DNA of 64,000 bases from Candidatus Parcubacteria bacterium (GTDB lineage Bacteria; Patescibacteriota; Minisyncoccia; Phycocordibacterales; JAKFXT01), in contig JAIOOV010000004.1 in assembly GCA_021414235.1 (NCBI GenBank), positions 254,456-318,455 on the forward strand, read 5' to 3'. Under the pieces are notes generated by a model. The model saw only the letters and a program-made list of their open reading frames with translations, ran no database searches and was not told the origin of the DNA. Of this stretch, positions 37,464-49,000 are shown in pieces (within the stretch, counting starts at the first letter, position 1; every line of letters begins with the position of its first letter). Made by a program: the position numbers and the translations under genes.

Positions 37464-37629
37464 ACGGGAGTAAGCATATCTCATTTTTCGGCCTAGTTAA
37501 GGGACGGAAGGGCGCTCGCCCTCCAAGCGAAATGGTGAGATTCTCGTCACCTTACGTTTATTACAGACAGACGAGCTTCTCTCGAAGGGAAGGAAGAGCG
37601 GACATAACGGTCCGCTTGCAGCAGAGTTT

Positions 37630-38832
37630 ATGTACCAACAGCGACACACAGGTTTCCGCGGAGGTTCCCGCCCTACACACAATCGTGGCTACGCACCGCG
37701 TGGCGGCGCTCGCCGTGGTGCGCCGAAAGGCGACCGCATCGACGTCTCCAAGTTCATCAATAAGGCGGTCATCACCGAGGAGATTGAGCATTTCGTACCT
37801 GAGCACCAGATCAGTGATTTCGTCATTGATGAGCGTCTCAAGGCGAACATCATGGCCAAGGGCTACAAGCAGCCGACCCCTATCCAGGACCGCGCCATCC
37901 CGCATGCGCTCCGTGGCTCTGACATCGTGGGTATCGCTAACACCGGCACCGGCAAGACCGCAGCCTTCCTCATTCCGCTCATCGACAAGGTTCTGAAGGA
38001 CCCCAAGCAGAACATACTCGTGGTGGCTCCTACCCGCGAACTCGCGGTTCAGATCCAGTCCGAGCTCCGCGGCTTCACCACCAAGCTCAACATCTTCTCC
38101 GTTTGTTGCGTGGGAGGGGCGCCCATCGGCCGCCAGCTCTCCGAGCTCCGCTACAAGAATAACTTCATTATCGGTACCCCAGGACGCCTCAAGGACCTCA
38201 TCGAGCGCGGCGCCATCAACCTGGGCACCTTTAGCACCATCGTGCTCGACGAAGCGGACCGCATGCTCGATATGGGCTTCATCAACGACATGAAGTACCT
38301 CATGGAGAAGATGCCTAAGCCTCGCCACACGCTCTTCTTCTCCGCGACTCTATCGCGCGAGATCGAAGCGCTCATCGGTGCGTTCCTCTTTGAACCGGTA
38401 CGTATCTCCGTGAAGACCCGCGATACCTCCAAGAACATCGACCAGGACATCGTGCGCGTGAAGGGTACGGAGAAGATGGACGTGCTCCACGATCTCCTCT
38501 CTCAGGAGGGCTTCCACAAGGTGCTCGTCTTCGGACGTACCAAGCATGGCGTGGAGAAGCTCGCCATGGAACTCAACAAGCGCGGCTTCAAGGCTGATTC
38601 CATCCATGGCAACAAGAGCTTCTCTCAGCGCGTGCGCGCCCTCACCGCGTTCAAGACGCACAAGGTGCAGGTGCTCGTGGCGACCGACGTGGCTGCTCGT
38701 GGCCTCGACATCGCGGACGTGAGCCATGTGATCAACTACGACCTTCCGACCACCTACGACGATTACGTGCACCGCATCGGCCGTACTGGCCGCGGCGACA
38801 AGACCGGCAAAGCCCTCACCTTCGTCGACTAA
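37630..38832 (+). CDS. DEAD-box ATP-dependent RNA helicase with an N-terminal Arg/Gly-rich tail
   Basis: Q motif region, GTGKT Walker A, DEAD (VLDEADRMLDMGF), SAT, HRIGRTGRG. Confidence 0.9.
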   Translation: MYQQRHTGFRGGSRPTHNRGYAPRGGARRGAPKGDRIDVSKFINKAVITEEIEHFVPEHQISDFVIDERLKANIMAKGYKQPTPIQDRAIPHALRGSDIVGIANTGTGKTAAFLIPLIDKVLKDPKQNILVVAPTRELAVQIQSELRGFTTKLNIFSVCCVGGAPIGRQLSELRYKNNFIIGTPGRLKDLIERGAINLGTFSTIVLDEADRMLDMGFINDMKYLMEKMPKPRHTLFFSATLSREIEALIGAFLFEPVRISVKTRDTSKNIDQDIVRVKGTEKMDVLHDLLSQEGFHKVLVFGRTKHGVEKLAMELNKRGFKADSIHGNKSFSQRVRALTAFKTHKVQVLVATDVAARGLDIADVSHVINYDLPTTYDDYVHRIGRTGRGDKTGKALTFVD

Positions 38833-38856
38833 ACGGCAGTAATTAACCCTTGCTTT

Positions 38857-39036
38857 ATGAACAACGCACCTAAGATCTCGAAGACCTTCCAGAAGGACGG
38901 CCACTGGATCGAAAAGCCCTCCCGCACGGAGATCCTGGTGTGCACCTGCGGAAGCAAGTACATCAAGACTCGTCCGGAACAGAACCTCTGCCTCCGTTGC
39001 TTCGGCGGCAAGGTGCCCCCGCAGAAAGTGAAGTAA
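38857..39036 (+). CDS. small C4 zinc-ribbon protein (59 aa), absent from the ORF track
   Basis: MNNAPKISKTFQKDGHWIEKPSRTEILVCTCGSKYIKTRPEQNLCLRCFGGKVPPQKVK; followed by a strong terminator. Confidence 0.35.
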   Translation: MNNAPKISKTFQKDGHWIEKPSRTEILVCTCGSKYIKTRPEQNLCLRCFGGKVPPQKVK

Positions 39037-39049
39037 CTCCTGGTAATTT

Positions 39050-39098
39050 AAAAGAAAGGAAGCCCCGGCGCGCATCGCGTGCCGGGGCTTCTTCGTCT
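39050..39098 (+). terminator. bidirectional intrinsic terminator
   Basis: AAAAGAAAGGA AGCCCCGGC-gcgcatcgcgt-GCCGGGGCT TCTTCGTCTC. Confidence 0.7.
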
Positions 39099-39700
39099 CA
39101 GCTTCCGTAAGATTCAGCTATCCGGATGACTCCGCGAGGATACCAATGGGTGTAGGGAGCCCAGGGGTTTCCTTCGACGATCTTGCGCATCCGTGCCGGG
39201 CCGACGAGGTACGCGAGAAGCATCTGGTGCGGATCGCAGATCTCCAGCTCTTCGCAGAGATAGGAGAGGTACGTGGTTCCGCAGAGAAGGTTTTTCTCGG
39301 GGGTGTTGATCGGGCCGCAGCCGACTTGCTCCTGGGCGATGGGAGTCACTCCCATGAGTCCAGAGGCGCGGCTTTCCTCGTTCATCGCCTTAGGGTCGCA
39401 CCGCGATTCCTTATAGACGATGCCCTGTATCAAGCCCTTGTCTACGCCGACCCTCGCTGCAACCTTGTTGATCAGGGCTTCGAGCTTGACGCACTTCTTC
39501 AGCCGCGCGACCGGCTTGGGAGCGGACGCGTCTGGTTTCTGCGGGATAGCGGTGATAGGGAAGGCTTCTTCCGTCGGAAGAAGCTGGTCGCTCGTTGTTG
39601 TCTGCACCGGGTTTCCCCAGGCAGCGGCCAGGGGATTCAGGATCAGTAGGGCTACGAACACAAACGGTACGGGTGTAGGCAACAGTGAACGAAACATCAC
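39098..39700 (-). CDS. secreted lytic transglycosylase (SLT domain)
   Basis: Signal peptide; SLT motifs VYKESRCDPKAMNE (catalytic Glu-Ser) and GLMGVTP. Confidence 0.7.
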   Translation of the reverse strand: MMFRSLLPTPVPFVFVALLILNPLAAAWGNPVQTTTSDQLLPTEEAFPITAIPQKPDASAPKPVARLKKCVKLEALINKVAARVGVDKGLIQGIVYKESRCDPKAMNEESRASGLMGVTPIAQEQVGCGPINTPEKNLLCGTTYLSYLCEELEICDPHQMLLAYLVGPARMRKIVEGNPWAPYTHWYPRGVIRIAESYGS

Positions 39701-39761
39701 TTAAGCTCCTCAAAGGACTACGCTATCTTTAAAAAACATTTTCCACAGGCTTTGTCAAGCA

Positions 39762-40361
39762 TTGGTGCTATACTTCCTTCATCTCACAGTTTCCTTGATG
39801 GCAAAAATCCCCCGAAAGCTCAAACGGAATCTCCTGGTCGACCTACTCCTGGTCGCAGGGAGCGGTGTCGCTGCGGTCCTCATCGTCGAGTCCGGCGTGC
39901 TCGAGACGTTCTTCGCTTCTACCGCGGGCTCCGGTCTCATCGGGAGCTTCATAGCGGGTTTCTTCTTCACCTCCGTCTTCACGGTGGCTCCGGCGACGGC
40001 TGTCTTTGCGGAGATACTCCATACGAGCCCGCTCCTGCCTACGATGCTCATTGGCGCCCTTGGTGCGCTCCTCGGGGACTTCATCTTGTTCCGCTTCGTG
40101 CGTGATCGCCTGGCCGAGGATATTCTGGCGCTTTTCAAGCATAGGAAGCCGGGGCGCGCCAAGGCTTTCTATCGCTCCCCGATCTTCCATTGGGTCATGC
40201 CGGCGCTCGGCGCCCTCATCATCGCTTCTCCGCTTCCGGATGAGCTGGGGCTGGCCCTCCTCGGGACCGCGCGGGTAGGCACTCTGGCTTTCATTCCTAT
40301 CTCCTACGTCTTCAATGCTTTAGGTATCGTCCTTGTGGCGCTTGTGGTAGGGGTTGTCTAG
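39762..40361 (+). CDS. hypothetical polytopic membrane protein (probable start MAKIPRK at 39798)
   Basis: About 6 hydrophobic helices. Confidence 0.45.
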   Translation: MVLYFLHLTVSLMAKIPRKLKRNLLVDLLLVAGSGVAAVLIVESGVLETFFASTAGSGLIGSFIAGFFFTSVFTVAPATAVFAEILHTSPLLPTMLIGALGALLGDFILFRFVRDRLAEDILALFKHRKPGRAKAFYRSPIFHWVMPALGALIIASPLPDELGLALLGTARVGTLAFIPISYVFNALGIVLVALVVGVV

Positions 40362-40414
40362 CTCCTGGGTTTCAAGAAGGTATACTGGAATCATTACTAT
40401 TCTGATTTTTCTGC

Positions 40415-41497
40415 ATGGCCAAGAAGATACGCGTTGCTGTTGTTTTCGGAGGTAAATCTGCTGAACACGAAGTCTCTCTCCGTTCTGCGGCGAATGTCGC
40501 GGAGGCGATCGACAAGAGCAAGTACGAGGTGGTGCCGATTGCTATCGATAAGTATGGGAAGTGGCTTCTTCCAGATTCTGCCAAGGCGCTCCTCGGTGGC
40601 ACTGGGCAGAGCCTCTCTATTTCCGGTCGGGAGGTTATGCTGCGGCCCCAGAGCGGGGGAGCCGTGTCTCTTCTCTCCGGCGGCACCCCGGGCGGGGTAG
40701 ACGTAGTTTTTCCCATTCTTCATGGTCCTCTCGGGGAAGATGGTACGGTGCAAGGGCTCCTCACCCTCGCGGATGTGCCGTTTGTAGGCTCAGGGGTACT
40801 TGGCTCTGCGGTGGGTATGGATAAGGAAATAATGAAGCGGCTCCTGCGGGATGCAGGGCTCCCTATCGCGCGGTTCATCACTGTGCGTGCGAGTGAGAAG
40901 CGGCCCGCCTACGCGGCGGTTACTAAGAAGCTCGGGAAGGTCCTTTTCGTGAAGCCTGCCAATATGGGCTCCTCCGTAGGGGTGAGTAAAGTAAAGAGTG
41001 CGAAAGACTATACGACCGCGCTGGACAAGGCGTTTGAATACGACGACAAGATATTGATAGAGGAATTCATTCCGGCGCGGGAGGTGGAGTGTGCGGTATT
41101 GGGGAACGAGAATCCTATAGCTTCCGTGGTGGGGGAGATCATCCCGTCCCATGAGTTCTATTCCTACGAAGCCAAGTATCTGGATGAGAAGGGGGCTGCG
41201 CTTGAGGTGCCGGCAAAGATCCCTAAAGCGCTCTCAGACAAGATCAGAAAGATGGCGATAGAGGTATTTAAAGCCCTCTCCTGTGAGGGGCTCGGACGGG
41301 TGGATTTCTTCCTTACGAAGAGGGGAAAGATATATGTGAATGAGATCAATACCATTCCTGGCTTCACCTCGGTGAGCATGTATCCGCGGCTTTTTGGGGC
41401 GAGCGGCATCTCATACCCAGAGCTCATAGATAGGCTCATCCAACTAGCGCTCGATAGGCATTTAAAGAAAGCAAAATTGAAGACGACGCGGGTATAA
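40415..41497 (+). CDS. ddl: D-alanine--D-alanine ligase
   Basis: MAKKIRVAVVFGGKSAEHEVSL N-terminus, ATP-grasp motifs; 360 aa. Confidence 0.9.
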   Translation: MAKKIRVAVVFGGKSAEHEVSLRSAANVAEAIDKSKYEVVPIAIDKYGKWLLPDSAKALLGGTGQSLSISGREVMLRPQSGGAVSLLSGGTPGGVDVVFPILHGPLGEDGTVQGLLTLADVPFVGSGVLGSAVGMDKEIMKRLLRDAGLPIARFITVRASEKRPAYAAVTKKLGKVLFVKPANMGSSVGVSKVKSAKDYTTALDKAFEYDDKILIEEFIPAREVECAVLGNENPIASVVGEIIPSHEFYSYEAKYLDEKGAALEVPAKIPKALSDKIRKMAIEVFKALSCEGLGRVDFFLTKRGKIYVNEINTIPGFTSVSMYPRLFGASGISYPELIDRLIQLALDRHLKKAKLKTTRV

Positions 41498-41504
41498 AAA
41501 GAAG

Positions 41505-41547
41505 AAGGCCCACTCAGTCCCGATGGTTTGGGATTGAGTGGGCCTTG
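41505..41547. terminator. bidirectional terminator hairpin between convergent genes
   Basis: AAGGCCCACTCA-(18-nt loop)-TGAGTGGGCCTT, 12-bp perfect stem. Confidence 0.6.
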
Positions 41548-41570
41548 TGAGGTTGCTGCGAAGAACTAGA

Positions 41571-42632
41571 TCAGTTGGCCTTGTTCTCCTCCGGCGGGAA
41601 GTCCTCCGCTTTCGGGGCGCGCGGCTCGGGGATGACTCCCGGATTCATGACCCCCATCTTCATGAGATCGGAGGTCGTTTTCCGTTCGTCGGTCCTGTAG
41701 AAAGCCATGGCGACGTCGGCGCTCGACGAAGCGATGGTGGTCGCCGGCCCCTGGTAGGTGACGCTCTTGCCCGACGCCTGGTCGAGGTACTGGACGATGA
41801 CTGCGCAGCTGCCGATGCCGGTCGAAACCGTCCCGGAGCAGTTGAGCCAGCCGATCGTCTTGTCGCCCAGGGTGACTCGGGCATTCGCGAAGTTCGTGAA
41901 GCCGGAGGTTGCCCTCAGCTTCACGGCCAGATTGTTCGCCATCTCCGAGTAGGAGCTGACGTCGGTGTCGCTGTTGTTCGCGAAGTTCGTCTTGAAGCCG
42001 GCGTAGAGATCGGGAGCAGCGAAGCCGAGCTTTTCGATGGCGTCGAGGGCGTGCGCGCCGATCGACGAGATGGGGTTCGCGATGATGTTCGCCGACTGCC
42101 AGAAGTGGTCGAGCAGGTTCGGCGTCGTCGTCGTGTTCGTCCTGACGGTACGGTACGCTCGTCCGTCCGGCGACCAGATCGTCGGGGTCGTCACGCGCGG
42201 ATTGAACCACTCCCTCCCGGTGGGGAGGATGCGGAGCGACCGCGCGGTCGCCACGACCTTGTTGCTGACGGAGGTGTTGCCGCGCGCCATGAAGTGGAGC
42301 CGGTAGGCGACGTTCGCCTGGTTGGAGCCGGTGTCGTGGGTGACCGAGCCGTTGGGTTCGGTCACCGAGGTCCAGCTATTGATCGAGCCGGCGCCGAGGC
42401 CGAACTGATCGATCTCCGCCGACCAGAAGTTGGTCAGCGTTCCGGTGGTGTTTTCGCCGACGCAGGTGTAGTTGGTGCTGCTCTGCTTGGCGGCCGGGAC
42501 GACGGTCATGGGGAGGCCGTTGATGCCGCAGTCGAACGTCGCAGTCTGTGCCTTGGCCGGCACCGTGAGGAGGGTGAGGGGCAGAGCGACGATCAGGGCA
42601 GCAAGCGGAACGCGCTGACTTCTCGGAATCAT
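41571..42632 (-). CDS. secreted hypothetical protein, S/T/N-rich, higher GC than its surroundings
   Basis: Signal peptide MIPRSQRVPLAALIVALPLTLLTVPAKA; AAGGAG SD; roughly 62% GC. Confidence 0.5.
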   Translation of the reverse strand: MIPRSQRVPLAALIVALPLTLLTVPAKAQTATFDCGINGLPMTVVPAAKQSSTNYTCVGENTTGTLTNFWSAEIDQFGLGAGSINSWTSVTEPNGSVTHDTGSNQANVAYRLHFMARGNTSVSNKVVATARSLRILPTGREWFNPRVTTPTIWSPDGRAYRTVRTNTTTTPNLLDHFWQSANIIANPISSIGAHALDAIEKLGFAAPDLYAGFKTNFANNSDTDVSSYSEMANNLAVKLRATSGFTNFANARVTLGDKTIGWLNCSGTVSTGIGSCAVIVQYLDQASGKSVTYQGPATTIASSSADVAMAFYRTDERKTTSDLMKMGVMNPGVIPEPRAPKAEDFPPEENKAN

Positions 42633-42767
42633 GGTGAGCTCCTTGCTCAGGTGATGCCCGCCACGCGGGCGGGGTTGTTTACGACAAAGGCCAAACTGGC
42701 TGCTTATATATGTATCATATTATTTGCCTCTTGTCAAATAGGTATCGGACAGGTTTAGGGAAGGGGA

Positions 42768-42797
42768 GTTGACAGAGAGGGGTGTAGCGTGTTAGAC
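42768..42797 (+). promoter_or_regulatory. candidate promoter for the giant surface-protein gene (TTGACA-18-TAGACT)
   Basis: TTGACAgagaggggtgtagcgtgtTAGACT, ~230 nt upstream of the ATG at 43033. Confidence 0.3.
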
Positions 42798-43032
42798 TCA
42801 ATTAACTGCTCAAAAGCGAGCGTATAAATATGGCCTAACAAGGCCATTTATCTTGTCCCTTAAAAATATGTCCTAAACGATTTTTCGAAGCTTCTCTTCC
42901 GTTTACGCAAGTATCTGGAAGGGAAACTAGAATGTCCTTTAGGTGTCCTTTAAGCCGAAAAATCGCGATGTCGCGTCTCGGCTCTGGTTGTTTCCGTATC
43001 TCTTTACCCAATTTTATTTCGTGGAAAAGAGT

Positions 43033-46000
43033 ATGGAACACCCACTCTTCAAGGGGTCTTTCGGGACTTCCTACAACCACATAGCTTCCGCTAAGAACTT
43101 TTTCAAAGGGTTTGTTTTTGCTGTTTTTGTACTCACCGCTTTTTCCCCTTTCTCTACGCTTGCAGAAGCTTCGGTTGTCTTGGAGAAGTCGGAGATTGTC
43201 GCTTCCCAGAGCACCTCTGTGGGAGCGCAGATCAGCCATGTTTTTGAGACGATTTACGCTGGTATTTCTACCGTCGGAAGCGATCTCCTGGACGTGCTTG
43301 AGGTTCCCGCTGCAGCCGCTGGCGTGAAGCTTATTCTCATCGTCGCCATGCTCCTCTCGGCGCTCGCCGGATTTGAGAAAATGCTGGCTCTGCTCAAGGG
43401 TTTTGGTCAGGCGGTGCGGGGCCGTAACCGCTCTCTCCTCGTGCCGGTTTTGAAGGTCGCTTTGATCATGATCGTAGTCTTTGCAAACGTCGGTGTGGTG
43501 CCGGCACTTTTCCCGGCAGTGGCGGTTCAGGTGGCACACGCAGACGATGATTTTGCTCCTCCTCCGCCGCCACCTCCTCCGCCACCCCCACCACCGCCGG
43601 TGGAGGTGTGTACGGATCCTACCGCTACGAACTACAACGGTTCTCTTCCGTGTACGTATCCGCCGACGACCTGTACAGACTCTGCTGCCAATAACTTTGG
43701 TGGGGCCTTGCCGTGTACGTACAACCCGCCTCCGGCGACCTCTTTCACCATCAGCGCTTCTGCTTCTGGTCTCGGTTCCATCTCTCCGTCTGGCTCTGTG
43801 TCCGTGACGCAGGGTAGCGCACAAACCTTCACCTTCACCCCGAACGCAGGGCATGAGGTGAGCTCTGTCATGGTGAATGGCGCGGCAGTGGCTACTTCTA
43901 CGAGCTACACGTTCTCGAACGTGCAGGCGAATGGCACCATCGCGGTGACTTTTGCAGCGACTCCGGGAGCGCCTACCTTCCCGGTAGTCGCGAGCGTCTC
44001 CGGCTTCGGTACCATCACACCTTCCGGTACTACGAGCGTAGCTTTGGGTACTTCACAGAGCTATACCTTCGCTGCGTCTGCTTCGAGCACGCTCACGGAC
44101 GTGCTGGTGGATGGAGTCTCTGTGGGTGCAGTCTCGACCTATTCCTTCTCTGACGTAGCCGCTACTCACACTATTTCTGCGATCTTCTCTTCGTACGTCA
44201 TCACCGTTTCTTCGAGCGGCAACGGCTCGGCAAATCCGACTGGTTCCGTGTATGTCGCAAATGGTGCCAGCGAGACCATCAATTTCCTCCCGAATGCAGG
44301 TAACACTGTTTCCTCCCTCATCGTGGATGGTCTTGCGACTGCCACCTCGACTTCCTACACTTTCAGCAACGTCACCCAGGATCACACCCTCGCAGTGACC
44401 TTCGCTCCGGGTTCGAGCGCAGCCAGCTTCCAGGTGGTAGCTACTTCTACCGGAAATGGCTCGATCAGCCCTTCGGCCACCACTTCTGTGACTCAGGGGG
44501 CAACGCAGTCCGTCACTATCACTGCTAACAGCGGCAACGAGATCGCTTCCATTCTCGTGGATGGGGCAGCCTTCGCGACCACTTCTGCCACCACCACGAC
44601 CGTCACTTTCTCTAACATCCAGGCTAACCACAGCGTGGGTGCGACTTTCCAGGTCATTCCGGGTGCAGCCACTTTCCCGATCACAGTCACTTCCTCTGGA
44701 AACGGTACGACTACTCCGAGCGGAATCACGACGGTAAGCCAGGGTGCAACTGCTTCCTTCGCCCTCACCCCGAACGCGGGGAATACCCTGAGCCAGCTTC
44801 TCGTGGATGGTGTCTCTGTCGCTACTACCTCGGTTTATACGTTTAATAATGTAACTGCTTCTCATACTCTCGCGGCCATTTATTCCTCGACTGGTGCCGC
44901 AACTTTCTCTATAGTCGCTACTTCTACCGGCAACGGCTCCGTCACGCCTGCTGCAACGACTACCGTCTCGCAGGGCGGTAGCCAGTCTGTAGTGATCACC
45001 GCTAACTCCGGCAATGAAATCGCATCTATTCTTGTCGATGGGGCAGTGGTAGCAACGACTTCTGCAACTACCACTACGATTTCCTTCAGCAACGTGCAGG
45101 CTGATCACACAGTCGGTGTCACTTTCGCACCTATTGCTGGAGTCGCTACTTTCCCGATCATCGTTACCTCGACAGGGAATGGCACCACGACTCCTTCTGG
45201 CACTACTACGGTCGCCCAGGGGTCTTCTGCATCTTTCACTCTGACTCCGAACGCAGGCAACACCCTTAACTTCCTTCTTATAGACGGGGCTGCGGTCGCG
45301 ACTACTTCTCTCTATACGTTTAATAACGTTCAGGCGACGCACACCCTCGAAGCTGTCTACTCTACGAGCGGTGCGGCTTCATATCAGATAGTGGCGACGT
45401 CCACTGGCAACGGCTCGGTGAATCCTTCTGCAACGACTACTGTTTCGCAGGGAGCGACGCAGTCTGTCGTCATTACCGCTAATAGCGGCAACGAGATCTC
45501 TTCGATTCTCGTAGATGGTGCGATGTATGCGACTACTTCCGCTACCACCACTACGGTGACTTTCTCTGATGTGCAGGCGAACCACACCGTGGGTGCGACC
45601 TTCGCTCCTATAGTCGGAGCCCCGACCTACTCTATATATGTATCCTCCACAGGGAACGGAACTACCACTCCCTCTGGAACCTCGACGATCTCTCAGGGCT
45701 CTTCGGCTTCCTTCACTCTCACTCCGAACGCAGGCAATACCCTTACTCAGCTCCTCATCGACGGAGCTTCTGTCGCCACGACCTCTGTCTATACCTTTAG
45801 TAATGTCACAGCCTCTCATACTCTTGAAGCAATCTACTCTTCTACTGGCGCTACCTCCTTCCAGGTCGTAGCAACCTCGACTGGTAACGGTTCGGTGAGT
45901 CCTTCTGCTACCTCGACGGTTGCCCAGGGAGCTTCGATCTCTGTCACCGTGACAGCGAATGCGGGCAACGAGATCGCATCCATCCTTGTAGACGGAGCGA

Positions 46001-49000
46001 CTGTCGCTACGACTTCGGCTACTTCCACCACGATTACGTTTGCTGACGTGCAGGCGAATCACACGGTAGGTGCGACCTTCCAGCTTGCTGCAGGTGCACC
46101 GGTGTTCCCGATCACGGTTACTTCTTCTGGCAACGGCACGACGACCCCGTCTGGCACCTCGACTATTAGTCAGGGTTCTTCTGCGAGCTTCACGCTCACC
46201 CCGAACGCAGGTAACGTCTTGAACCAGCTTCTCGTAGATGGAGTTTCCGTCGCGACGACTTCTGTCTATGCGTTTAATAATGTAAATGCGACGCACACGC
46301 TCCACGCGATCTACTCTTCGACTGGTGCTTCTACTTTCTCTATCATTGCTACCTCTACCGGGAATGGGGGAGTGAGCCCGGCAGCCACCTCGACTGTCTC
46401 TCAGGGTTCTGCCTTCTCGGTAACCGTCACCGCAAATGTGGGAAATGAAATCGCTTCTCTCCTCGTGGATGGAGTTTCCTACGCCACTACCTCTCCGACT
46501 TCCACGGTGGTGACCTTCTCTGATATCCAGGCTGATCACACCGTTGGTGTCACTTTTCAGACTGCGGTCGGCGCACCGACGTTCCTGATCGTCGTAACTT
46601 CGACGGGTAATGGCACCACCACTCCGAGCGGTACTACTACCGTGACTCAAGGTGCTTCCTCCTCCTTTACTCTTACCCCGAATGCAGGCAACACTCTCAC
46701 TCAGCTCCTCATTGATGGCGCCTCTGTAGCGACGACGAGCGTCTACACTTTCTCTAATGTCACCGCGAGCCATACTCTCGAGGCTATCTATTCCACTGGC
46801 GGCGGCACCACCTTCCAGGTAGTCGCTACTTCTACTGGTAATGGCTCCGTCACGCCTGCTGCAACGACTACTGTCTCGCAGGGCTCTAGCCAGTCGATTG
46901 TCATCACTGCCAACTCTGGCAATGAAATAGCCTCTATCCTCGTCGATGGAGTCTCTGTAGCGACGACTTCGGCAACGACTACCACGATCATGTTTGCTGA
47001 TATCCAGGCAAATCACACGGTCGGCGTGACTTTTGCCGCTATCGCAGGCGCACCTACATACGCCATCAGCGTGACCTCTGCGGGTAATGGCACCACCACT
47101 CTGAGCGGCACCTCGACCGTCAGCCAGGGAAGTTCTGCTTCCTTCACTCTCACGCCGAACGCCGGTAACACCCTGTCGCAGCTTCTCGTAGACGGAGTCT
47201 CTGTTGCGACCACCTCTATATATACGTTCTCGAACGTGACGGCCTCGCACACCCTCCATGCGGTTTACTCTTCGACCGGTCTCGCTACCTTTAGCGTAAT
47301 CGCCACTTCTACGGCGGGCGGTTCCGTGACGCCTTCTGCAACGAGTACGGTCTCCCAGGGTTCTAACTTCTCGGTGACGGTGACTGCAAACAACGGCAAC
47401 GAGATCGCTTCTCTCCTCGTGGACGGAGCCGTTGTCGCCACTACTTCCGCCACCACCACGACGGTAACCTTCTCGAACGTGCAGGCAAATCACACGGTCG
47501 GCGTGGTCTTCCAGCCTCTCGTCGGTGCACCTACCTATCCGATTACGGTGACCTCGGCAGGGAACGGTACCACCACGCCGTCTGGTACGACTATCGTCAC
47601 TCAGGGCGGATCGGCTACCTTTACTCTCACCCCGAATGCGGGCAATGTCTTGAGCCAGCTTCTCGTAGACGGATCTTCCGTCGCGACCACCTCTGCCTAC
47701 ACTTTCTCTGACGTGACGGCGACGCACACGCTCCACGCAATCTACTCTTCGACGGGTGCCGCGAACTTCCAGATAGTTGCTACCTCTACCGGCAACGGTT
47801 CCGTAACGCCTTCCGCCACTTCCGCTGTCTCCCAGGGCTCTGCCTTCTCTGTGACAGTGACTGCAAACGCGGGAAATGAGATCGCGTCCATCCTCGTCGA
47901 TGGCGCACTCGTTGCGACGACGTCGGCTACGACGACCACTATAAATTTCACTAACGTCCAGGCTAATCACACTGTAGGTGCCACTTTCCAGGTAATCACT
48001 GGAGCTTCGACTTATCCCATCACCGTGACCTCGGCAGGGAACGGTACTACTACGCCTTCAGGCACCAGCACAATCGCACAGGGCTCTTCTGCCTCCTTCA
48101 TCCTGACTCCGAATGCAGGTAATACTCTCGACCAGCTCCTCATCGATGGTGTTGCGGTTGCGACCACTACTCTCTATACGTTCAATAATGTAAATGCGAC
48201 GCACACCCTCCATGCGATCTATTCCTCGACTGGTCTCACGAGCTTCCAGATAGTCGCCACTTCGACCGGCAACGGCTCGGTGACTCCGGCTGCCACTACT
48301 ACCGTATCGCAGGGCTCTAGCCAGTCTGTCGTCATTACGGCGAACGCGGGTAATGAGATCACCTCCATTCTCGTGGATGGGGCAGCCTTCGCGACCACTT
48401 CTGCCACCACCACGACCGTAACGTTCGCTGATGTTCAGGCGAATCACACGTTGGGTGTGGTGTTTGCGGCTGCGCCTTCCGCAGTTACTTTCCCGATCAC
48501 TGTCACTTCTACCGGTAACGGAGCTGCTACTCCCTCTGGCACGACCGCTGTGCTCCAGGGCAATTCTTTCTCTGTGACGCTTATGCCGAATGCCGGCAAT
48601 ACCCTTGATTCTCTCCTTGTAGATGGAGTATCTGTGGCTACCACTTCCGTCTATACCTTCACGAACGTTCAGGCGACGCATACCCTCCAGGCTATCTACT
48701 CCGCTACGGGCGCAACTTCCTTCCAGGTGGTGGCCACCTCGACGGGGAACGGATCTGTTTCTCCTTCTGCCACCACCACGGTCTCTCAGGGGGCATCGCA
48801 GTCTGTGATCATCACTGCGAACGCGGGTAATGAGATCACCTCCATTCTCGTGGATGGCGCTTCCTACGCTACGACCTCGGCCACTACCACGACGGTGACT
48901 TTTGCGAACATGCAGGCCAATCACACGGTCGGCGTAGTCTTCGCTCCTGCGGTACCTGTGGTTTCGTTCCCGATTACCATAACTTCGACCGGTAATGGCA

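Noticed and set aside
41538-42758. 406-aa plus-strand ORF rich in R/G/D
   Set aside because: It is antisense to the secreted-protein gene, which has a signal peptide and an SD. Composition-driven
42835-43854. 339-aa minus-strand ORF across the giant-gene start
   Set aside because: It is antisense to the giant gene's signal peptide and first domains, and its Arg-rich translation is low-complexity
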